NCBI GenBank assembly: GCA_035221665.1
Contig: CM069168.1
Coordinates: forward strand, 9,114,001-9,178,000
DNA: 64,000 nucleotides
Direction: 5' to 3'
Source of the DNA: Okamejei kenojei
Taxonomy: Eukaryota
This document shows, in pieces, positions 25,158-37,020 of the stretch. The translations under genes were made by a program, and so were the position numbers. Under the pieces are notes generated by a model. It did not search any database, was not told the origin of the DNA, and saw nothing but the letters and a program-made list of their open reading frames with translations. Within the stretch, counting starts at the first letter, position 1; each line of letters starts with the position of its first letter.

Positions 25158-27055
25158 ATGGAATATCCAGCAATTTACTACATAGCCGGCACTTTCTACC
25201 CTGTACTTGCGGCGGTTGGTATTCCTGGTAAGATACTGGGACTAATATGTTTAATTTTGTACAGAAAAACTGCGCGGAAAGAGGCCCTTCGATCAACCGA
25301 GTCCGCGCCAACCAGCAAACCCCGCACACTGACTGCACACGCTAGGGACAATTTACAATTGTACCAAGCCAATCAGCCTACAAACCTGTGCATCTTTGGA
25401 GTGTGGCCGGAAACCGGAGATCCCGGAAAAAAACCCAAGAAGATCACGGGGAGAATGTGCAAACTCCGTACAGGATCAAACCCGGGTGATTGTCGCTGTC
25501 AGGCAGCACATTTAACACTGCGCACCGTGCCGCCCTGTGTGCCGTTCTCCTTCCTTTCTGTACCTGTAGCTCTGAAGAATAGTCGCTTTGATACCCAACC
25601 CAGATGCTACCTCAGCTGACGAGTGTCTTCGGAAGGTTCAGGCTTCAGCGACTGTTTTATTTCTGGCATTTTGTTCTTATTGGTTTGTGATTCTTTTGTG
25701 AATCACGTCACTTAATTTAGAGCTAATGTTTACATTTTTTTAAGCATGTAACCGTATTCAAATTGTTTCTGGCGCATATTCTTCAAACTCTGTGTCTGAT
25801 CAGTACAGACCTTTCCACCAAGAGTCAGCGAATGGGAAATGTATACATGTCTGTCAACATGGCTGTTGAATTATCACAAGTAGCTGAAAAGCCTTCCGGA
25901 TTTTCGTTCTCTGATTCATTTGCCAGTTTTGATTTGATGGCTACTGCGTCAGATGAAGCAGTTCTCCCTGAGTCTAATGCTCGCTGATACAAGTTCATTT
26001 CGATTGACGCAACGACTCGAAATGACTGAGGTGATCAGTGCGTCGTAGACTTTAGGAGGCCGACGGTAAATTGCTGCAAATTACCGACACATCTGCCTCT
26101 TCGTTCAGCACTGCTCTAAGTATTTCTCCGAACGGAAATTTCGTAAACTGGATCAGGTCTTTGCTCATTGGAACTAACGTTTTATTTTGTTTCTTGCAGT
26201 TAATTTAACGGCGATTGTGATCCTCTCCCGGGGTAAATGTGGTCTCTCCAAATGCATCACCCGTTACCTAGTGGGAATGGCAACAGCGGATCTAATGGTG
26301 GTTGTCATTGTTGCTGCAATTGAACAAGTTAATAACATATATGTTTACGCTAGTTCCTTGCTCATTACCCCGGTGTGCGCTCTGACACTGGTACTGAGGG
26401 TTGTAACAATCGACTGCTCCGTTTGGTTCACCGTCAGTTTCACTTGCGATCGTTTTATGGCGATCTGTTGTCAAAAGCTACGTGAGCGCTACAGCAGCGA
26501 GAGAGCAGCGTGTGTGGTTATGGTGACTGTAGTTGCCGTCAGCTGCGCCCGGTCCATTCCCTTTTACTTTGTCCTGGGGCCTTTAGTTATAATTGACAAT
26601 GTGCCTTGGCGTTGCGCCTTCACAGAGGAGTACGCCACTTTGTCGGTGTGGAAAGGTGTAGAGTTACTTGACAGCATCTTAGCACCGTTGTTACCGATCG
26701 GTTTAATCCTGTTGTTCGCAGACGACTTCGGAACAGTCATGAGAACCAGAAGGATATAGAGGTGGAGAACCGGAGAAAATCGATGATTTTGCTCTTCGCT
26801 GTATCGGGCAATTTCATATTATTTTGGATACCCTATGTGGTTCATTCTCTGACATGGCAAGCACATAATTTCTTTTACATCGATAGATATATGAGCAACC
26901 CGGTATACATCCTGCAGCAGTTTGGATTTATGTTGCAGATTCTCAGTATGTGCACAAACACGTGTATTTATACACTGACACAGAGGAAGTTCAGGGATCA
27001 GCTGAAGAGTGGAGTGAAATATCTACTCACATTGAATGGCCGATTATGTAGTTGA
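25158..27055 (+). pseudogene. GPR139-like GPCR copy 2 (exon 1 25158-25227, exon 2 26200-27055), frameshifted
   Basis: MEYPAIYYIAGTFYPVLAAVGIP G|GTAAG..TTGCAG|; 43-bp deletion with GTTC microhomology at ~26717 (856 vs 899 nt); AATAAA at 27091. Confidence 0.92.
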
Positions 27056-27614
27056 CGTGTAACTCTGATAGCAACATGGATGAAATTTCAAATAAATGTC
27101 TTTGACAATTCGTACTTTCGGTAAAATGCCATAAATTCTATGCAGGCATACACTTGACAACGGATAACCGGGTATACTCACTGAATTCGGTTACGTTTAG
27201 AAAGTATGGACACGTGCTACCTGTTGCAGTTGTGATGTTGCATTGGTGGAATTATATTCCAATCCATTGTATCTTTGATCGCTGCAACACACTTTGATAT
27301 ATCTGGAGAATATAATATAACTCAGAACTGGAAGTCTGGTGTCAGATGAATTGAACGGGAATATTTCGGTTTTCCATAGAAATACATCACTCCTGTGGAC
27401 TAGTGGTTCATCAGCGAAACATTTCGCCTCTCGTAACACAACTAAAATGTAGCAGTTGGTGAAAGAACACTCTAACGCGGAGATTGTAGTTTTTGCCAGT
27501 TTAAGTATAAACTAGACTAAGTGGGACCCGTTCGGTCCCATGTTCACACGGGAGGGCTGGTCCCCCAACGCAATATTCCACCTCTCCACCAATTCAAATA
27601 TTAATTAATGTCTC

Positions 27615-29075
27615 TGTAACCTTTCATCTTTGTCTTTCCCCAAAGCTAATTTTAAGCTTACGTTTCTTCTTGTCGTTCCATATATCTAACATGCATTTAC
27701 CATGAATGTCCAGATTGAGTCCGCTCGTAAAATACGTCGTGTGTTAAACTTTGGGAGACTTGCCTGCTAAGGACAGTGACCAAGAGCAGCACTAATGTAA
27801 AATTGCAACGGATATGACCGTAGACAGTACTACAAAGGTCTATCATCCCCGACTGATAAGAATGCCCGCTCCTCAGCAGAATGTTTCATTTTAGCTATTT
27901 TAACTACATTCTATCTTGGTCATTTTTCCATCATGCTCGCCAGTAAATGAGCTCCAGGATTACCCAAACTATAACCTAATCTTCCTTATAATTCTCACAA
28001 TTATCTACATTTCCCCCTCTTGGCAATTGGTCACACCCAATTAATCCATATTAAACAGCACCCACTAATGCACCTACTGAAACTAATTGTTGTCTGTTAT
28101 CCCCACTTACCGCCTGCCCATCAAGGTTTTCAACTTATCGTATATCCTCCTGTGAAACTAAAATGAGAACAAATTAATCACTATCAATAACTGGACAAAA
28201 GCTAATGAAAGGGTGCACGTTAGTATCCAGTCCCCAGTTCCAGGCTCTTTCCCAACAAGTCCATTTTATCAATATGTCCCCAGCTTCTCTGCTATGCATA
28301 CGAATACGCTTAGTGCTGTCAGGCCAGTCATGTATAACCATTTCACCCTCATTAGTCAGTGTCTTCCAATCAGCATGGAGGTGTGGTATTGGTTGATGTG
28401 TGTTTGCGATAAATCTTCTTAATGTCTCGTCCGAGTCATTCCGTACGACAATGAAGCTTACTCTTATCGATGTTCCCACGGACGGTGCCATTAATATCTT
28501 GTGCCGGATCGTGATCTGTCTCGTAAAACACCGGTTTACAATATTATACTAACGTAGAGTACATTTCCGACCACTCGTTCAATGCCACTTAGTAGAGGCA
28601 GCGACCAAATATTTTCCCATTTATAGGCAACACTAGCAAAAGAAGCATCAGGTTTTACATCAATCGAAAGCTTGCCGTTATAATAATGAGTAAATCCACA
28701 ACCAAACTCCATCATATTTCTTGTTTGATGCCATCGGTCCAATATGATGCCCCTTGGTACTTTATCAATTATCACATAATGTTCAAGAGCATTGTGCATT
28801 ATTATCGAAGCTCCTTGGTTATACTGCCCAATAATATGCAACTGGTATAGGATAAACGTCTTATTCTTCAGCTGGCGTGGGACATGGAGAACAACTCCAA
28901 AAATACATGTTCCCTGAGCATCTTGGTATATCCGGTCCACTTGTTTCGCTACAGACAACGATCTTACGTGACAGTCAGATTGCATATCTTGACTCACATT
29001 TTCCAGTTGTTGATTCGATATCAAATTGGGGACTTGATGGGTAGCAAACAATAGAATGCCACCCTGTCCCTGAGC
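27615..29075 (-). mobile_element. ERV env/LTR remnant (copy 2)
   Basis: ORF 28536-29051 homologous to 47917-48666; rc of 14380-15595. Confidence 0.65.
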
Positions 29076-30630
29076 ATCAGGAATATTGCGTTCCGTTCTG
29101 GGCAGTATGCTATAGGAAAGATATTGTCAAGCTTGAAAATGTTCAGAAAAGATTAATGAGGATGTTGCTCGGACGGGAGGGTGTGAGTTATAGGGAGAGG
29201 TTGAGTAGTGTATTCCATGCAGAGCAGGGCGATGAGGGGTGGCCTTATAAATGTGTACAAAATCATAGGAGAAATAGATCGGGTAGATGCACAGAGTATC
29301 TGGCCCAGACTAGAGCTATCGATTGCCAGAAGAGTTAGGTTCAAGGAAATGATTTAATAGGAATCCGAGGGGTAACATTTTCACACAAATGGTGGTGGGG
29401 TTGTGGAACAAGCTGCCAGAAGAGGTAGTTGAGGCTGGAACTATCCCATATTTTAAGAAGCAGTTAGACAGGTTCAAGGACAGTATAGGTTTCTAGGGAT
29501 AGGGACCACGCGCAGGTTAGTGAAGGTCGGCAGAGGAGCGGCAGGTGAAGGAGTGAGTGAGCGTATTGGCTGAGGAATATAATTACCAAAACACGGTAAG
29601 TTAACGAATTGGTCAATGTATCAGCTAATATAAGCAATGCTTGCCCTAGGGGAGCGGCCTGTCCGGGAGCGGCCTTGTCGTGGGAAGTACCTAGTGAGAA
29701 AAGTGCGAGTCTTTGGATCGTGAGTCTTCATCGGTGAGGCTGTGGGAGGAGACTACGCCAAAAAGTTGGAGAGGGTGAGACGCAGGTAGGCTGATTGAGT
29801 GCGATGCTTGCACGATGTAGGAGGATAGGGACACTGCTGGTCCTTCTGGCTGCTACAACTGTGGAAATGTCCTGGTTCGGATCCTGAAGGATCGTGTTGG
29901 GGCACTGGAGAGGCAACTGGATGACCACAAAACCATCCGGTAAAACGAGACATAAGGCTGGACAGGACATACAGCGAGATCGTTACACCGAAGGTACCGG
30001 GAGAGAGAAGGTGGGTGACGATGAGGAAGGGAAGGAAGCAGGGGAGCATAGGAGACCCCGGGGGATGTACCTCTTGAAAACAGGTTCACCATCTTGTAAG
30101 CTGTCGGGACAGAATACACTGCCACATACACAGGTATGTGAGTCAAAACGTAGCGCTGAAGCAAAGCCGAAGTGCCAGACGTGAGGCAGAGCCGTGGTAG
30201 TCGGGGACCATCGCGAGAGGTACAGACAGGGGTTTCTGTGAAAACAGGCCGGATTCAAGGTTGGTGTGTTGCCACCTTGGTGCCAAGATCCAGGTCGTCA
30301 TGGACCGATTGCACAGCATCCTCATGGGAGAAAGTGAGCAGCCGGAAGTGGTAGTGCATTTCGGCACAAATGACGGCGGGAAATGAGGAAATATATTCTG
30401 CAGCGTGACTTCAGAAAGCGCGGAAGAAAGCTGAAAGGTAGGACCTCCAGGGTGGTTATGTCTGGTTTGTTTCCAGTTCCCCTGCTCGTGAGGGCGGGAA
30501 AAGGGAGATAGGGGATCGGAATGTGTGGCTGAGGAGCTGGTGCAGGAGGTAGGGATGTAGATTCGTAGACCACTGGGATCTGTTTTGAGGTAAGGGTGAG
30601 TTGTACAAAAGGCACTTCTTGCACCTTAAC
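29075..30630 (+). mobile_element. CR1 3' fragment followed by CR1 ORF1 remnant
   Basis: SYRERL motif at 29190; esterase region is rc of 13050-14170. Confidence 0.7.
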
Positions 30631-30931
30631 AGATGGCGCGGCCTGGTCCAGTTGCCGTCGTGGCAGCTCAGCGGAGATTGTGCGTTTTTTTAACTAGCAC
30701 GTTTATATTTAATATCTTTCAGACTAGCACATCAGCACTAACACTCTACAATCGTAAACGTTATACTTTAGCGTAAGCCAATTTTTCTGTAGACGCTTTA
30801 TTCACTGATCCAGCATGTCCGGCAGAGATCATAAGAGTGACCACGGCAACAACGATGGGAGCGCGGCTCCGGGAACAAGTCGGAAATAACATTGAGGTAA
30901 GAGGGAGGAGATTGGGAACAGGCTCAGAGAT

Positions 30932-31118
30932 TGATGATTAAATCACACATACTCACAGATCTGGTATAACAATATTTATTAACCAACGTATACAAAACAC
31001 TTCAGCATGTTACTCCTATCATGCAGAAATACTGACTGACAGCGCATGTCATGCTGCGATAATATGAATGGCGTGGTAGTAGGTGTGGCTTTAAATAAGA
31101 AAGCTCCACATTAGTTAG
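30932..31118 (-). repeat. Truncated Gypsy 3' LTR marking the palindrome A breakpoint
   Basis: rc of 12565-12745; homology stops inside the LTR at 31118. Confidence 0.85.
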
Positions 31119-31414
31119 GGCGCTTCTCAGCTTCTGTGGCTCCTAGGGACAACACGAAAAAAGGTGGCCATCTATACAAATTATGCGGTTTTCCGCTTCA
31201 TTTGGACTAATAACCTGATGTTCATGGGAAGCCATTGGGGACACAGAAGTACCTAGGTAGTTAGAAGGTCTCTCCGACCCAAGATTCTGGCACTAAATTC
31301 TTCTAAAAAGGAGACCCGCAGGATTGTCCAAGAAGGCTGTGCTGTGTGGTGAGTAATAATATTTGTGATAAGAAAGTACAGCATTGCATTATGTGATATT
31401 ATTAGGAATGTATT

Positions 31415-31903
31415 AAAACCTCATGGATACCACCCTGAGAGGCCAGGGGTTGCACGGACGAGGCAAGTAATCTGTGGATACCACCCTGAGACGTTAGGGG
31501 TTTGTACGGGCAGAATAAAGAATTCCGTGGCTACCACCCTGAGAGGTCAGGGGTTTGTACGGGCAGAAGAAAGTATTTTGTGGATACCACCTTAGGTGAC
31601 TAAGGGTTTGGCAAAATACGGATTTTAAAACCTCATGGATACCACCCATAGAGTTAAGGGGTTGCACGGACGAGGCAAGTATTCTGTGGATTCCACCCTG
31701 AGAGGTCAGGTGGTTGTACGGGCAGAATAAAGTATTTTGTGGATACCACCTTAGGTGACTAGGGGTTTGTGCGGGCAAAATACGGATTTAAAAACCTCGT
31801 GGATACCACCCTGAGTGGTCAGGGGTTTATCCGGGCAGAATAAAGTATTTTGTGGATACCACCTTAGGTGACTAGTGGTTTGTACGGGCAAAATACGGAT
31901 TTA
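31415..31903 (+). repeat. Tandem array of ~9 units of ~53 bp in the ERV leader
   Basis: GGATACCACC-like anchor recurs every 52-60 nt. Confidence 0.9.
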
Positions 31904-34137
31904 AGGTAAGTGGGTAATGGAAACAATGTACACCGTGATAAAATATTGTAGAAAAGTGTAAGGTTATATGGCAATAAGAATAGTTTAAGGTAATATAGTG
32001 ACTACAAGGACGGAGGAGGTGCAAGGACTGAGTTTCTTAATTGTTTGTGGAGATAAACTTGCTGCATTCTCTCTGCTGTTTGGCCTCTCAGCATTGTCTC
32101 TGCTGCGAGATCAAGACAAAAAGTGCGCCTTTGTCTGGAGATGAGCGGGAGTGGGGTGTGGTCAGATGCTCAGTGACTAGGATTGTGATTGGTTGTGATC
32201 TTAGCTGGTGTGTTTAGAATTTGAGTGACGGTGAGTATGACTAATCACGATCTGAATCAATGTCCAATCACAGCGTTCAGGTATCTGACTGATAGGGGAT
32301 TAAACCTACTTTAAATTAAAAGGGAGATAATAATTATATAAATGTAAATTTTGAAACTTTAATATGTGTAGAAAATTGCATAATTTATTTGAAGAATGGA
32401 ACGAATGTGATTTGTTTGTAAAAACCGGGTTTGAAGGAATGAGGAAGTTCATATATGTGATAAGTTTTTTGTTTGTTGGAGACCACATGTTGTAAGGGTA
32501 GGTGTGTGTGTTTAAGAAATTGTAAGCAACGGGTGAGGTTTCGAACTGCTGTAAGGTCACGATTAAAGCTTTGTATCCTCGCAACTTAAAAGGGCAAAGT
32601 TGGAAAATGAAGGTTGCTTGGTTTTTTCTGATGTTTCTTTTATATTTATTTTCAGTAAGTTAATTTGGAAAATTGTTACTAGTACTAGGAATTGGAAATT
32701 TAAAATAGCGGTGACAATTGATTGAAATAATTGGAAATAAGTTAATTGCTGAAACATGACCTGTTTTTGTGGTTTGTTTAGATAAATATTATGGTTGGAG
32801 AAGGGTAATGATTGCTGCGATTTTCAGAAAAGGTTGTGAGGAAGTGGCCCAGGGAAGACACTTTTCAGATAAATGTGTGACAATATGGAAGTGTTAATTA
32901 TGTATTATATGACCACAGATAAGTTGGAAAGGTTGGAAAAGCGAAGAGGAAAGGAATTAGATGCACTTATGCAGTTTAGAGATAAAGGAGAGCGAAGCAG
33001 TGAGGAGGTAACAGAAGTAGGAAACGACAGGTGTGAAAGTAATAAATCAGGAGGAGTCAGTGGAAGATTTTAAAAGAAAGGTGAATGAATTTGCTAAGGA
33101 GGACAGGTTATCTGAGAAGCAAGCAATTGAGTTTAAAATAAGAAAGAAGGCATACCAGAAAGGATTAAAGTGGGAAACAGAGGGATAAATTGATGAGACT
33201 GCTTTAAAAAAAAAGAGAAGGACAGACACAGATTATCATTTGGGGCACCCATAAACTGAGAGGGCTAAAAAATACCTTACCCAATATTCCTGATGGGGCA
33301 GGAAATGGATTAGGGCTTTGGAGGAGGAGAACATGGGACGATTATTGGCTATGGGAAATTTGAAGGCACTATTGATGAAAGTGATAGGAAACACTAAACT
33401 GACAGAACTCCTGAAGATGGCTGGTATAAAAATGCTGTGAACAATGTAATAAATATTGGCACAGTCAGGCAGAGGGTATGGCAGGCCCTCAGACAATTGT
33501 GATGTCATTAACAGAAAATAATGAAGCAAGAAGGACACACAAGTCTGAGAAATGTTTTACAGTCAGAGCCATTGAATGAAGGGGACAAAAAGGTTTTGCT
33601 TGTGGATGTTTCTTGTTAAAGGGATCATAACAGCAAGTATGCAGGGTTTGCATTGGAGCATCAGGATGAATTGGAATTTACGGTGATTAAATTGGAAGCT
33701 TGCCTGCAATCTTGCTTAGCACAGTTGGCAGAAATTAAGGCTCTAAGAGCACCATGTGACATGAGGGAAGGTGAGAAAGCTGAAGTTTATACTGACTTTA
33801 AGCATATGCACAAGGGACCGAGTTTGGAACAGTTAGAGGTAGAATTTAAGAAGTATATGTAAGTTAATTATGATATAGAAGCCTATTTATGCGCAGGCAA
33901 AGTAAAAGCAGTTGGAGGTGGACCAGGAGGAAGGACCATTTAAACCTGGAGGCCGGGTGTATGTATGAGCTTTCCGAACCACCCACCGCTGTTCAGGTAG
34001 AAGGTTGATCTACCTGGTACCATTTCAATCCTCACACGACGGCTGCCCCGCTGGTACGACTAGATAATAGCCCTGAGGTAAGTGAACAGGAGGACAAGGA
34101 AGTGAGGGAAGGGCAGAGTTCTAACAAGAATGTTGTT

Positions 34138-36305
34138 TGACGTCAGTGGTGGGCAAATTAATGGAAAGGATACTTAAAGATAATATATAGTCGAGGGCGG
34201 GCATGACTCACGTTGCAGCTGCCGCTACAGCCAGTCTGTATTTTTTTTTGTCTAGGTAAATGTAGTTGTTCGTTCTTTTTTTGTATTGTTTCCAACTGTG
34301 TATATGTGGGGGTGGGGGAACTTTTCAAATCTCTTCCCTGCACGGGAGACACGCCGTTTTCCCTGTCGGGTCTCTGTTGTCATTGGGGCCTAGTGCCGTG
34401 GAGCGCCCCCGACTGGAACGACCTGGGGGCTCCAGTCACGGAGCCTGCGGAGCTGGCCGGCCTCGGAGTGTGGGGAGCGGTGGTGGCTCGCCGCTGCGGC
34501 CCGACTCCGGGACTCCAGCTCCAGCTGCGGCCCGACTCCAGAGCTCCAGCTCCAGCTTGCTACCAGTGGACTGTCGGGATATTGGGAGCTCGCAGGTCCG
34601 GAGCGCCCGCAGCACAACTTCTCCAGCCCATGTCGCGGGGTTGGAACGACCCGGAGCGGGTCCGTATATCGCCCAGCGTGGCTTTAATCGCCGCGGGACA
34701 TTCCAGCGCCCAGCGGGGGCACCAACTTTGTGACTTTTGGGCATAGAGCGGGGCCGTACATCGCCCCGCGCGGCCTCAATGACCGTGGGACTTAACACCG
34801 CCCGCCTGGGGCTTCGACATCGGGGGAGAAATGGTGCGGCGGAGAAAGAACTTTGCCTTCCATCACAGTGAGGAGGAGATTCACTGTGATGGATGTTTGT
34901 GTGAATTGAATTGTTTGTGTGTTTTTTGTGAATTGTTCTGTTTGTGTGGCTTGTAGAAACAGAGTTTCGTTCGAGCCTCTCTGAGGTTTGAATGACAAGT
35001 AATAAAATCAAATCCAATCAAATATATATAAGCATCTGGATAAACGGGGTCTGTTTAGGAACAGTCAACATGGATTTGTGCCTGGAAGGTCATGTTTGAC
35101 TAAACTTCTTGAATTTTTTGAAGAGGTTACTAGGGAAATTGATGAGGGTAAAGCAGTGGATGTTGTCTATATGGACTTCAGTAAGACCTTTGACAAGGTT
35201 CCACATGGAAGGTTGGTTAAGACGGTCCAATTGTTGGGTATTAATGGTGGAGCAGCAAGATGGATTCAACAGTGACTGAATGGGAGATACCAGAGAGTAA
35301 TGGTGGATGGCTGTTTGTCAGGTTGGAGGCCGGTGACTAGTGGGGTGCCTCAGGGATCTGTGTTGCGTCCACTGTTGTTTGTCATATACATCAATGATCT
35401 GGATCATGGTGTGGTAAATTGGATTAGTAAGTATGAAGATGATACTAAGTTAGGCAGTGTTGTGGATGATGAAGTAGATTTTCAAAGTCTACAGAAACAT
35501 TTAGGCCATTTGGAAGAGTGGATGAAAGATGGCAGAGGGGTTTAATGCTGATAAGTGTGAGGGGCTACATCTTGGCAGAACAAATTAAAAATGGACGTAC
35601 ATGGCAAATTGAGGTATGCAGTTGAACGGAGGGATCTAGGAATAACTGTGCATAGTTCACTGAAGGTGGAATCCTATGTAGATAGGGTGGTAAAGATAGC
35701 TTTTGGTGTGCTGGCCTTTATAAATCAGAGCATTGAGTATAGAAGTTAGGAGGTAATGTCAAAATTGTACAAGGCATTGGTGAGGCCAATTCTGGAGTAT
35801 GGTGTACAATTTTGGTCGCCAAATTATAGGAAAGATGTCAACAAAATAGAGAGAGTACAGAGGTGATTTACTAGAATGATGCCTGGGTTTCAGCAACTAA
35901 GTTACAGAGAAAGGTTGAACAAGTTAGGTCTTTATTGTTTGGAGCGTAGAAGGTTAAGGGGGGGACTTAATAGAGGTATTTAAAATGATGAGAGTAATGT
36001 ACAGAGTTGACATGGATAACCTTTTGCAATTGAGAATAGGGAAGATTCAAAGAGGACATGATTTGAGAATTAAGGGACAGAAGTTTAGGGGTAACATGAG
36101 GGGGATCTTCTTTAGCTTCCAGTGGAAGCGGTGGAGGCAGGTTCGATTTTATCATTATAAAATAAATTGGTTTGTTATATGAATGGGAAAGGAATGGACG
36201 GTTATGGTCTGAGTGCAGGTAGATGGGACTAGGGAAGAATAAGTGTTCAGCATGGACTAGAAGGGCCGAGATGGCCTGTTTCTATGCTGTAATTGTTATA
36301 TGGTT
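34138..36305 (+). mobile_element. CR1 LINE 3' portion inserted in the ERV
   Basis: TSVVGKLMER (34138) continues at 35021 as ..KHLD..QHGFVPGRSCLT, VPQGS; GTTATATG tail. Confidence 0.85.
34190..35020 (+). mobile_element. GC-rich non-coding retroposon-like insertion nested in the CR1
   Basis: Flanked by AATATATA (34182-34189 and 35021-35028); 3' AATAAA plus AATCA/AATCC-type tail. Confidence 0.6.
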
Positions 36306-36444
36306 AAGATAATGTGAGGTGTTTGGAGACATCAGTGACTATGAGGCTGGTGTAAATAAGGTCAGAATGAGGGGATGTATGTGTCTAGTTTGGGGAACAA
36401 TGCTTCATCTTCATACTAGCTAGGAGGGGTCTTTCACTAAAGCC

Positions 36445-36762
36445 ATGGAAAAGCTACAAAACCGAAGGAGTGAGGTTAAAGGAAACGTAGGATTCAGGCA
36501 TCAATTGTTTGGGTGGCTGAAGAGCATGTTGCGGGGTTGGGGAGCATGGCTGATTCAAATTGTTTTGATCATTGGCGTCGTACTACTTCCAGTGGCAATC
36601 ATGTTGTGCTGTGTTTTCCCCTGTATTAAGTCTCTCCTGGTGAAAGCTACTGTGAAGCAACTGGCAATGATAATGGGTGAAGAGGAATCCGGCCCCCAAG
36701 GAAAGTGGACCTCGGTGATAGAATACTACTATGGTGGAGAAGAAGTGTTCGGAAATTGTTAA
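36445..36762 (+). pseudogene. ERV envelope TM-subunit C-terminus
   Basis: LFGWLKSMLRGWGAWLIQIVLIIGVVLL..LCCVFPCIKSLL; decayed GGVC..C..FI motif just upstream. Confidence 0.75.
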
Positions 36763-37020
36763 ACAAAGTCTGTAAGGTAAGCTGGAACTTTTTTCCTGCC
36801 TCACACAATGGGGGGGTATTTTTGGCCTAGTTTCTCAGGGAGCAAGAGAAAGAACGCTACACAGCATTACACTAACTTAATTAAAAGAGCCAGCATTTTA
36901 GGGCTCTATGGGTGATTCGACCTGGAGGATGTGTGTGTGGTTTTCTTTGTCTTTTGAGAATCGGTGGAGTCTTAGAGGAGGGAGTTATATGGAAGTTATA
37001 AACAAGTTACGGTGTTTTAC

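Larger units (their letters stand above)
21076..31118 (-). repeat. Right arm of inner palindrome A (inverted copy of ~12565-20661)
   Basis: 21168-21340 = rc 19860-20030; 24715-31118 = rc 12565-19858 including GPCR, env, CR1 ORF1, Rex end and partial Gypsy LTR. Confidence 0.9.
31119..37020 (+). mobile_element. Heavily deleted fish-type (gamma/epsilon-like) endogenous retrovirus, with nested insertions
   Basis: Leader tandem array, AAG|GTAAGT donor at 31906, RNase H (AQLAEIKAL..VYTD) 33700-33800, IN C-terminus (PFKPG..PTAVQVEG) ~33940-34020, env TM 36370-36762, PPT ~36974. Confidence 0.75.

Noticed and set aside
25763-25987. ORF recurring in all three GPCR introns (19053, 25763, 45872)
   Set aside because: Explained by the duplication; lengths and stops differ and no motif is recognisable
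31415-31903. CRISPR-like repeat array
   Set aside because: No unique spacers (whole units repeat), no cas genes, eukaryotic ERV context
34213-35017. Several long overlapping ORFs as genes
   Set aside because: Stop-poor GC-rich repeat, low-complexity translations, inside a TSD-flanked insertion
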